Numbered from the stretch's first letter, positions 1-8,091 are shown. The stretch: DNA of 24,000 nucleotides from Pseudomonadota bacterium (GCA_018819135.1 JAHJQK010000195.1:1-24000), one strand, 5' to 3'. Made by a program: numbers and translations. The notes: a model not told the origin generated them from the letters alone.

Positions 1-1
1 T

Positions 2-184
2 AAAAACCGGCCGGATAAGGCGAGAATAATCCCTTTTATCAACAAAGTCGATATCCCCGGTGGCCTGGAGAAGGCAAGAAATTTAGCTCGGTCTCTCCTC
101 AAAATTGATCGAGGCAAAATTGAAAGAGTCCTCCTCGGCCAAGCCCAGCACTCTCCCGCCGTGAAGGAAATTGTTCTTTACTGA
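2..184 (+). CDS. 3' end of a gene entering from the left edge; P-loop NTPase-like C-terminus (YqeC/MobB-like guess)
   Basis: Frame 2 is open from the window edge to TGA 182-184. It reads KNRPDKARIIPFINKVDIPGGLEKARNLARSLLKIDRGKIERVLLGQAQHSPAVKEIVLY, and INKVD resembles an NKxD motif. It is absent from the ORF track because it has no in-window start. Confidence 0.4.
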   Translation, partial: KNRPDKARIIPFINKVDIPGGLEKARNLARSLLKIDRGKIERVLLGQAQHSPAVKEIVLY

Positions 185-330
185 TCTTATCTCGCCCCAA
201 TTGGACCGCTTCACCCCTCCCAGCCATCCCCCATCCGAGGAGGAAGGAATTACATTGTTTATCCCCAATTAATTCCCTTGATTTGGCAAGGAGTTTAATG
301 ATAGATTCACCGAAGTTAAAACCCCAACAC

Positions 331-353
331 CCCTCTCCCTCAAAGGGAGAGGG
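331..353. repeat. Perfect 10-bp stem, 3-nt loop palindrome (REP-like hairpin)
   Basis: ccctctccct caa agggagaggg, followed by ccggggtgagggtg; it is intergenic. Confidence 0.5.
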
Positions 354-720
354 CCGGGGTGAGGGTGATTAGAACTTTTTACGATTTGATCAAACTTAGC
401 GTAATTTTCAATTCATGAAAATAATCCTTCTACTGATAGCTGATGGCTGATCGCCGATGGCTTTATTAAACCAGCTTTCTCCTTTTAATTTTTGGAGGAG
501 CAAAAATGTGCGGAAGCATGAAAGCCCCATTTCTCGAAAAGAGGGATGGGGTTTATTATAACCAGTAATAGGTGAATAGAAAGCGCAGTGACTATCTGCC
601 GAGTTTCCGATAGATTCTCACACGTTCTTTCGGGATATGTCGGGAATCTTGGCGACCTGTTATCTACCATTGAGGGTCTGGGATAAGTAGCAGAATCAAG
701 GAAGGAGAGAATAAACCCAA

Positions 721-1176
721 ATGAAAAAAGAAACCCTATACCTTGATACTTCAGTTCCCAGTGCCTATTATGATGAACGAGCTAAGGATCGGAAGGAAGC
801 GACAGTCAGATTTTGGAAAGAGGTTTTACCTAATTATCAGGGGTACATATCAGAAATTACAGTAGAAGAATTGGAAGATACCAAAGATTTAGCTTTGAGA
901 AAAAAACTTAAGAAACTGATCAAAAGTTTTAAGGAGCTAAAGATTAACGAAGAGATTAGAGATTTGGCAAAGGTTTATATAGGAAAAGAGATATTTCCAG
1001 AGAGATATGTAGACGATGCTCTTCATGTAGCTATAGCTTCTTTTTATGAAATATCTTATTTGGTTTCATGGAACTTTGAGCATCTGGTTAAAGTAAAGAC
1101 AAGAAAGTGGGTAAACTCGGTTAATATATTAGAAGGATTTAAGGAGATTGAAATCGTCTCCCCCCAAGAACTTTGA
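721..1176 (+). CDS. PIN-domain protein (VapC-like toxin ribonuclease)
   Basis: YLDTSV acidic N-terminal motif, VDDALHVAIA and WNFEHL motifs, 151 aa, with AAGGAG upstream. Confidence 0.8.
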   Translation: MKKETLYLDTSVPSAYYDERAKDRKEATVRFWKEVLPNYQGYISEITVEELEDTKDLALRKKLKKLIKSFKELKINEEIRDLAKVYIGKEIFPERYVDDALHVAIASFYEISYLVSWNFEHLVKVKTRKWVNSVNILEGFKEIEIVSPQEL

Positions 1177-1186
1177 GGAGGTCCTT

Positions 1187-1366
1187 ATGGAAAAAATAGA
1201 ATTTTTTGACTATCAGAAATTGGCTAAGAAAATGAATATGCCAAATGTTACCTTAAAAAAGATTGAAAAAGAAGTAAAGGAGGAATTCCCTAAGGACAAG
1301 ATGATGTACGAACTCCATGTTCTAAGGGCGGTAAGAAGTAAATACTGGAAGAAAAGGGTTAAGTAA
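1187..1366 (+). CDS. Small protein downstream of the PIN gene (possible cognate partner or antitoxin)
   Basis: ATG at 1187 is preceded by GAGGAGG at 1174-1180, 10 nt after the PIN stop. The 59-aa product is lysine-rich (MEKIEFFDYQKLAKKMNMPNVTLKKIEKE...). The tracked start at 1148 overlaps the PIN gene and is less likely. Confidence 0.5.
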   Translation: MEKIEFFDYQKLAKKMNMPNVTLKKIEKEVKEEFPKDKMMYELHVLRAVRSKYWKKRVK

Positions 1367-1546
1367 GGTGTGTGATTTACAGACAACGTTTCAACTGACT
1401 CAAACGTAAATCAAGCCAATAACCTTGGACTCGAAAGTGCTCTTTTGCGCCATCATACTTAACATCAATCTCTTCCCAGATCGGCAGACTATGTCAGCAT
1501 CCTTTGTTTCTTCAAAGAGTTTTATCCATCCAAGTGGCAAAAAACG

Positions 1547-2170
1547 TTGTTGACTACGTTGAATAATATGATGTCAAGAAATTCCACTTCGATCCAACAA
1601 GGTTATCGGAAAAGAGTTTCATTCAACTTTGTAAAGTCCGTAAGTCAACGTAGTCAACTACGTCCCGCTTTCCACATTCGAGCACAGTATTCAAAACTTG
1701 TGGCTCCAATACGAAAATTCTTGGCCTTTGCAAGGGATCAAGGTTATCCTGTACATATTATCGGGCAGGAAAAGACTGGAGCGTTTGCTGATCATTTGCA
1801 ACTGATTGGGAACAATGCCCCCCTCCAATCGCTGTTTATCCCTGGCAATCAATACATAAAAGAACAGATTCAACATAGGCCCAACAGAGGGGCACCCTAT
1901 GGTAAGGATACGAACTACGGAGCCAAAGTTTTTGTTCGGATTAGTCATTATCATCAAATGGTGCTAAATATTCCTACCGGAGAGTACGTTGAGGATCCTA
2001 CGCTCTCTAATCTCATCGGTGCTGAAAGAATCTTTGCGACATTACCGACAGTTTTGAGTAGCCGGTTTGAGGGAGCCCTTTTACCCATTGAACTGGCTCA
2101 TGACGTTGCATCTCTCTCAACATATCCTTCTGCTCAAATTCTCAAGATTTTTGCAGAAGCAAAGGGATAG
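1547..2170 (+). pseudogene. NurA-like (RNase H-fold) nuclease domain ORF, probably 5'-truncated
   Basis: VHIIGQEKTGAFADHL, KVFVRISHYHQMVLNIP and LPIELAHDVASLS resemble the central and C-terminal NurA motifs. No N-terminal DGS-type catalytic Asp block is present. The frame opens only at 1463 after a TAA, and no ATG with an RBS is present (the tracked start is TTG). Confidence 0.4.
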
Positions 2171-2287
2171 AAGAATTAATAAGGCATGGCGTACAACATA
2201 GCATTTACACTCCACTTTGTTTCGGGGCTTTGCCCATATTCGCTACGCTCCAGCGAACGTCGTAAAAGCTTAACCCGTTGAGTACCG

Positions 2288-3220
2288 ATGATTGGACAAA
2301 AAAGAAAAAGGCGGCAAGATGACATTGTATATTTTCAGGAAAACACGAAGAAAAAAGAGAGGATAGGTAAAATGACATTTATGGATAACAATGAAAGTTC
2401 TCTTGCAAAATTAATTAGTTCAGAGTTGGAATATCTCTTAAAACAAGTAGAAGCGGATATAAAACAAAGGAACTCCACAAAGAAATATTTGTCACACATT
2501 AGGAAGGCATTTGAAGAATCGGATACTGAAACTTTAAACAGGCTATTATTGAGACAATTAAAGGACCGTCTCTTAACTTCTTATCCTACAGCCAAGGAGA
2601 TATTTGAAAAACTTTCAATCGATGTTAAAAGGCGTTCTGAACAGGTTTTTTCCTCTCTCTTTACCCGTTTCCAGGAATATTGTTCTAATAATAAAATTTC
2701 TCTCCACGGTAAACTGCCAAAGCTATTTGTTGATTACTTACTCGAAGTCGAAATGGATGAAAACAAACAGACGGCAAAAATAGGGACTATCTTTTTAAAA
2801 ACTCTGGACTGGGAAAAGATTCGTGTGGCAATAGACCGGGAACGGCATCGAATTTGGGAAAGGGAATTTGATCCGACCAGTTTTCGAGATCATCTATTAA
2901 ATGTTTATTTAGAAATAATCAAGGTTAAACCGAACCCTGTAGGATGGGTGCGATTAGAAGGTGTTTATCAATCACTAAAGAGGGATATCCAGCAAAAAAA
3001 TCCCAATTGGAAAAAAGGGGGGCGTCTTGTACCATATTATAAAGACGAATTCAGTGCAGACCTTTCAAAACTCTGGGAAGCCCAGATAAGTCGAAAAAGT
3101 GGCTCTCCCCATATTGAACTAAGTGGAATTCGTGATCCTCGTTTATCATATAAGGTCGTGTTACCAGATGGACAAATTCAGTCTTATGGGCATATGCGGC
3201 CTAAGAAGGAGGAAACCTAA
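2288..3220 (+). CDS. Hypothetical protein, first gene of the four-gene ATPase-helicase operon
   Basis: 310-aa ORF with an alternative ATG at 2372 that has GAGAGGA upstream. The N-terminal half looks helical and charged, and I recognise no catalytic motif. Its stop overlaps the next start (TAATG at 3218-3222). Confidence 0.75.
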   Translation: MIGQKRKRRQDDIVYFQENTKKKERIGKMTFMDNNESSLAKLISSELEYLLKQVEADIKQRNSTKKYLSHIRKAFEESDTETLNRLLLRQLKDRLLTSYPTAKEIFEKLSIDVKRRSEQVFSSLFTRFQEYCSNNKISLHGKLPKLFVDYLLEVEMDENKQTAKIGTIFLKTLDWEKIRVAIDRERHRIWEREFDPTSFRDHLLNVYLEIIKVKPNPVGWVRLEGVYQSLKRDIQQKNPNWKKGGRLVPYYKDEFSADLSKLWEAQISRKSGSPHIELSGIRDPRLSYKVVLPDGQIQSYGHMRPKKEET

Positions 3221-4407
3221 TGGATAACATTTCAACCTTACTAAAAGACCAAGCATATCGCATAATTAGTGCCCTGCGTAAGGGTACACCCCCTGAAGAG
3301 GGGGTCGATCTATATTCTGTCGGACGGGAACAATTGCTCTCTTACTTTGATGACAAGCTAATTGAGATTAAGAACTATGGTGTTTCTGATGTAAAGCTTG
3401 TAAGTGCTGATTGGGGACATGGGAAAAGTCATTTCCTTGATTTATTGCGGAATTTAGCATTCAAACATAATTTTGTTGTCTCAAAAGTTGTATTACACCA
3501 AAGCGAAACACCTTTCGACAAATTGCCTATTGTTATTCAACGTTTAATGTCAAATATTTCTACGCCGGAAAATCGTGTTAATGGACTAGAAGCATTATTA
3601 AATAATTGGTCAGTTCGTAATAAGTCAAAAGGTGAACAGGAAATTTTCAAAAGCCTCACAGATATGGGTATCTATCCCGATATGCGAATGAAGTTAGTAG
3701 AATATCAAAGACATTATAATTGTCCAACAGGACCCGAGTATCAACAATGTCTTCAAGTGCTGAAATGGTTTCGGGGCGAAGAGACGGCATCAAAAACATT
3801 TAAAAATGTTCGTGAATACTTACATAGCTTTATCCAATTTGTTCATTCTTTGGGATACAGCGGTTTTGTAGTGTTGCTTGATGAAGCTGAGGCAGTTACC
3901 CAGCTTATAGGCATAAAGCGTCGAGACCTCGCCAATGAAAATCTCAGGCAAATAATTGATAATGATCAAGACACACAAGGTTTTTATTTTGTCTTTGCAT
4001 CCACCCCCACATTTTTAAGTGGTGAGGATGAGCGGGGCGCGCAAAGTTACCCTGCGCTCTGGAGGCGTATAAGCGATCCTTTACATGGATTACAACAAGA
4101 TTCTCTTCATAAGGTTATTGTAGACTTGCCAAAACTGACAGAAGAAGAATTTTTCAAATTAGCTCAGAAGATAAAAGCAGTTTGCGAGATTGCAAAGGGG
4201 CAAAATTTAACAATGGTTACTGACAACCATCTCCGATCCTTAGCTCACTATGTTCAGACCCGAACTGATCAAAGGGTCGGCACTATGGTGCGAAGCACTG
4301 TTGCGATTTTAGATGAAACAACCTCTCCAGATTTTGACTTTTTAGCAAGATTTGAATTTATTGTAGAAAAAGCAATGGAGCAAGAAGCGATGGATAGAGC
4401 CAGATAA
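3220..4407 (+). CDS. BrxD-like P-loop ATPase (DUF2791 family), paralogue 1
   Basis: N-terminal ALRKGTPPEEGVDLYSVGRE, then Walker A ADWGHGKSH (GHGKS at 3415-3429) and Walker B VVLLDEAE. It is translationally coupled to the upstream gene. Confidence 0.8.
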   Translation: MDNISTLLKDQAYRIISALRKGTPPEEGVDLYSVGREQLLSYFDDKLIEIKNYGVSDVKLVSADWGHGKSHFLDLLRNLAFKHNFVVSKVVLHQSETPFDKLPIVIQRLMSNISTPENRVNGLEALLNNWSVRNKSKGEQEIFKSLTDMGIYPDMRMKLVEYQRHYNCPTGPEYQQCLQVLKWFRGEETASKTFKNVREYLHSFIQFVHSLGYSGFVVLLDEAEAVTQLIGIKRRDLANENLRQIIDNDQDTQGFYFVFASTPTFLSGEDERGAQSYPALWRRISDPLHGLQQDSLHKVIVDLPKLTEEEFFKLAQKIKAVCEIAKGQNLTMVTDNHLRSLAHYVQTRTDQRVGTMVRSTVAILDETTSPDFDFLARFEFIVEKAMEQEAMDRAR

Positions 4408-4419
4408 AGGAGAATAGTC

Positions 4420-5646
4420 GTGGCTCAAAAAATAGATTTGTTAGGGATAATACAACAAGCCAGGGAAAGAGGATATTTTGATTTTACTGATTTCCCAGGA
4501 CTAACCATGAATTTTGAACAATTTAAGGAACTTTCAAGCTTGCTCGAAAAAAAGAAAATTCCTTTTGGAACTGTAAGCAGTGCGATTAAACTTACCCAGC
4601 AGGAAGCCTTGCTCATAGTCAATTCTCTACGAAAAGGTGTCCCCCCGCCGATAGATGTTACCCATTTTTCTGTTGGACGCAAAAATTTAGAGGATAGGTT
4701 TAGCAAAGACCTACAAGCCGTTGGACAGAGTGCATCGCGAGTTCGTTTTATGAATGCTGATTACGGATATGGTAAGACTCATTCTCTTTATCTCCTGAGA
4801 GAGATTGCTTTTAGGCAAGAATTCATTGTAAGTATAGTGACGCTAAGCCAAAATTCATGTCCCATACATGATTTTATGGCTGTATATGATCGGATTATGT
4901 GGAACCTCAGAACACGAGAGGAGAGGAATAAACCTGCGATAGAAAGTGTGCTTGATAAATGGCTTCAGGCCATTCGTGAAAAGGGTGAAGAAAGAGCGAG
5001 ACAAATCATTAAAGCACTTCCCGATGATTTAAAAAGTGCTCTCCATGCTTATCATGAAAGCGTTAGCCCTGTTAGACCTAATGAAGAGAAAAGGTTATTA
5101 GTTCTAAACTATGTTTCTGGGAAAAGTATTTACTTACGAGACCTACGTCGTATTGAAATCAATAACCGTATAGATAGTTCCAATGCTCTGATCATGCTTG
5201 GATATATGGCCTCGTTATACAGAAATCTAAATTTTCGAGGCATCTGTATTCTTTTCGATGAAGCAGATCCAATTCACTCTTTTGCAAAATTTGAGCATCA
5301 GGATCAAGCTTATAGCAATTTGTTCCAAATTATCCAGCAAAGTCAAACTACACCGTTTTGCTATTTCCTTTATGCCACAACTCCCAGCTTCTTTGATAAT
5401 TATGCACCTTACTGGCATACTCATAAAATAAAAGATGGTGACATCTTTGAGTTGGAAAAATTGGATGTTTTCGAGCTACAAAGATTGTCCTTAACCCTTT
5501 GTAAAATTTATTCCATCGCTAAGGGAGCTAAAGTGCCCAATAATATTGAGCAAAGGCTAAGAAATTTAGCTTCTGATCCATCCTTTAGCGATACCATTGG
5601 GAATTTTGTGCGAAGGTGTATCGCTATTTTAGATGAAGGAAGATGA
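4420..5646 (+). CDS. BrxD-like P-loop ATPase (DUF2791 family), paralogue 2
   Basis: GTG start with AAGGAG at 4407-4412. SLRKGVPPPIDVTHFSVGRK, Walker A ADYGYGKTH and Walker B ILFDEAD. It has an extra ~55-aa N-terminal extension relative to paralogue 1. Confidence 0.8.
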   Translation: MAQKIDLLGIIQQARERGYFDFTDFPGLTMNFEQFKELSSLLEKKKIPFGTVSSAIKLTQQEALLIVNSLRKGVPPPIDVTHFSVGRKNLEDRFSKDLQAVGQSASRVRFMNADYGYGKTHSLYLLREIAFRQEFIVSIVTLSQNSCPIHDFMAVYDRIMWNLRTREERNKPAIESVLDKWLQAIREKGEERARQIIKALPDDLKSALHAYHESVSPVRPNEEKRLLVLNYVSGKSIYLRDLRRIEINNRIDSSNALIMLGYMASLYRNLNFRGICILFDEADPIHSFAKFEHQDQAYSNLFQIIQQSQTTPFCYFLYATTPSFFDNYAPYWHTHKIKDGDIFELEKLDVFELQRLSLTLCKIYSIAKGAKVPNNIEQRLRNLASDPSFSDTIGNFVRRCIAILDEGR

Positions 5647-7777
5647 GCGAATGAAAGACTGGAAAGAAACTTTAAAAGAAGAGGGTTTCGCACCAAAACC
5701 AACCTCACCCGTTCTATTAGATAACGCTATTTCTGCCCTTCTCCATAAGCATCAACAACAATTCACTGATATTCAATCTCAGGCGATACAGCCAATCTAT
5801 GCTGGCGAAAACGCCTTACTGATTTCCAGCACAGCCAGTGGAAAAACAGAAACTGCAGTTATTCCTATTGTTGCAAGGATTTCTGAAAACCGGAAGGATT
5901 CACTTTGTATTTACATAGCACCCACAAAAGCCCTTCTCAATGATCTATATAAGCGCTTAAGCGTTCCTCTTCATCGTCTCGATATACAGTTAGGTATAAG
6001 GCATGGGGATAAGCCGCTTTCCTCAAGTGACAAGGAATTGTCATTCCTCTTAACTACGCCCGAATCCCTGGACATTCTTTTATGTAAGGATTATCCATTT
6101 CTTTCAAAAGTGAAATTTGTTGTCTGTGATGAAATACATCAGGTATTCGGGTCCCCTCGAGGGCTTCAACTGCTTTTCCTTCTAGATCGACTGAAGAAAA
6201 AGGCCGGTCGAGGATTACAACGGGTTGCCCTTTCTGCTACGGTAGGAAATCAAAACATAGTTAGTGAATGGTTTCGTGGAGGAGATAGGCCTGTCAGAAT
6301 ATTCTCTACTGGCACTCAGCGTCCCCTTAATCCAGAGTTTCACTGGTTAGATCAATATAATTCTTTAAGAAATGTTATACAACAATCAAAAGCGAAAAAA
6401 GTTCTTATCTTTGTAAACTCACGACGAATGTGCGATGAATTATTTTTGGAACTGGGTAATTTCTCACATTATCAAGTCTTTGTGCATTATTCGACCTTAG
6501 AAAGGGAACAGAGAGAATATGTGGAATCTCAGTTTAAGGTCTCGGAATTTGCCATTTGTATCGCTACAACAACGTTAGAACTAGGCATAGATATAGGTTC
6601 CATAGAGGTCATAATCCTGTACGAACCTCCTCAAAGCGTTACCAGTTTTCTTCAAAGGATTGGCCGCGGCAGTAGGAGAACTGCGAAAACATGGGTGATT
6701 ATGACACCAAAAAATAATTTAGAGCTACTCCAATTTTATGCATTTACGTCCCTAGCTAGTGAGGGAGAAATAGAAAATACCCCTCCTGGCCAATTCTATA
6801 GCGTTCTTATTCAACAAATCTTCTCCAGTATTGCAGCCAAACATCACCATCGAGTACACAAAACTGAAATTGAAGAAATATGCAACTCTTTCTCCTGGAT
6901 TCAACCTGAAGAAATAAACTTGATAATGCAAAGACTTTCAAGTCAGAGGTATTTGCGGCTTGAGGCCAGATGGTCAAGTTATCAAATGGGTCCTATATTA
7001 GAATCCTTATATAATGAGATGGCAATTTTTTCAAATATATCTAACGGTGAATCCGGTATCCAGGTCTTTCATGAAGGTCGTCGTTTAGCCTCTCTACCAT
7101 TACCAGTCGCTCAAATTCGATTGGGGACAGTTATACTTTTTGCTGGACGTTACTGGGAAATTACATCAGTTGGAGAAGCTCGGATAAGCGTTCGCTTAAC
7201 TAGCCCCGTTTCTTCCCCTATTCGTCCTTCCTACGGTAAGGGTGGTGGCAATTATATGAGTTCAATTGTTGCTCAAAAAATTAAAACAGTTCTATCAGGA
7301 GGAGCGAGTTTATCATATTTCAGACTCGATAGGGCTACAGAAAACCGTTTAAGGGACCTTCAAGTCAGAATAACTTCAGAAAGTTATGAGGGGTGCATTT
7401 TTCAAACGAGACACGCCTCTAAGTATTTCTATTATACTTTTGCTGGTGGTGTAGAAAATAGGATTCTTCAGCTTCTTTTTTCAAGATTCGGGCATTCTTG
7501 TCAGTTGATGAGGAACGCCGAAGGTATTGCTATTTATTCCGATGAACCCCTTGACTTTTGCCTAATTCCCGATGATGACGTTCGAATCAAAGAAATAATT
7601 CATGATCACTGGCAGAGTTTTTTACCATTGGCAAGTACTGGGTCATTCTTTAACCTTCTTCCCATTTCACTAAAGGGGAAAGAAGTTTTATCACAGATTG
7701 ACTATGAGGGAACCGTTTCAAATGTCATTGTCATGAGAAATAGAACTGTTATTTGTATATCTGGCAGGCTATTCTGA
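5633..7777 (+). CDS. Lhr/BrxHI-like SF2 DExH helicase with DEAD-associated-type C-terminal region
   Basis: Q motif FTDIQSQAI, motif I STASGKTE, Ia YIAPTKAL, Ib TTPESL, II DEIH, III SAT, V TTTLELGIDIG and VI QRIGRGSRR. The C-terminal YYTFAGGVENRILQLLF is Lhr-like. An alternative start at 5651 (MKDWKE) has a better-spaced AAGGAAG. Confidence 0.9.
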   Translation: MKEDERMKDWKETLKEEGFAPKPTSPVLLDNAISALLHKHQQQFTDIQSQAIQPIYAGENALLISSTASGKTETAVIPIVARISENRKDSLCIYIAPTKALLNDLYKRLSVPLHRLDIQLGIRHGDKPLSSSDKELSFLLTTPESLDILLCKDYPFLSKVKFVVCDEIHQVFGSPRGLQLLFLLDRLKKKAGRGLQRVALSATVGNQNIVSEWFRGGDRPVRIFSTGTQRPLNPEFHWLDQYNSLRNVIQQSKAKKVLIFVNSRRMCDELFLELGNFSHYQVFVHYSTLEREQREYVESQFKVSEFAICIATTTLELGIDIGSIEVIILYEPPQSVTSFLQRIGRGSRRTAKTWVIMTPKNNLELLQFYAFTSLASEGEIENTPPGQFYSVLIQQIFSSIAAKHHHRVHKTEIEEICNSFSWIQPEEINLIMQRLSSQRYLRLEARWSSYQMGPILESLYNEMAIFSNISNGESGIQVFHEGRRLASLPLPVAQIRLGTVILFAGRYWEITSVGEARISVRLTSPVSSPIRPSYGKGGGNYMSSIVAQKIKTVLSGGASLSYFRLDRATENRLRDLQVRITSESYEGCIFQTRHASKYFYYTFAGGVENRILQLLFSRFGHSCQLMRNAEGIAIYSDEPLDFCLIPDDDVRIKEIIHDHWQSFLPLASTGSFFNLLPISLKGKEVLSQIDYEGTVSNVIVMRNRTVICISGRLF

Positions 7778-7805
7778 AATGAAGGGGCAACAACTCCTTC
7801 TAACA

Positions 7806-7874
7806 CAGAGTTTGTGGCTATAGTGCTGCTGCATTTCCCCTAAAATCTTGCTTCGCAGGACTTCACAAACTCTG
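7806..7874. other. 11-bp perfect inverted repeat with a 47-nt spacer, between the helicase operon and the ParDE-like pair
   Basis: cagagtttgtg (7806-7816) and cacaaactctg (7864-7874). Confidence 0.5.
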
Positions 7875-7902
7875 GAGCCGACATTCTTTCAAAGGAGGTA
7901 AT

Positions 7903-8091
7903 ATGAGTACAGCAAAAGAAGAAGTTCGGAAGATGCTTGACCAGCTTCCAGATGACGCGTCATTCGAGGACATCCAGTACCACATCTATGTCCGAGAGAA
8001 GATCGACCGTGGACTGAAGGACATTGAGGAAGGCCGTGTTCTAAGCCAGGAAGACGTTGAAGAAAGGATGTCCAAATGGATCGGGAGGTAA
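7903..8091 (+). CDS. Antitoxin of a ParE/RelE-type module
   Basis: AGGAGG lies 7 nt upstream. LDQLPDDASFEDIQYHIYVREKIDRGLKDIEEGRVLSQEDVEERM is a typical small antitoxin of this class. It overlaps the toxin gene by 16 nt. Confidence 0.7.
   Translation: MSTAKEEVRKMLDQLPDDASFEDIQYHIYVREKIDRGLKDIEEGRVLSQEDVEERMSKWIGR

Noticed and set aside
83-268. 61-aa minus-strand ORF at the left edge
   Set aside because: It overlaps a plus-strand frame that is open from the window edge to TGA 182-184 and translates to a more protein-like NTPase-type C-terminus. No motif or RBS supports the minus ORF.
485-670. 61-aa minus-strand ORF in the 270-720 intergenic region
   Set aside because: It has no RBS and a low-complexity, implausible sequence. 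It lies in a region that looks like non-coding spacer.
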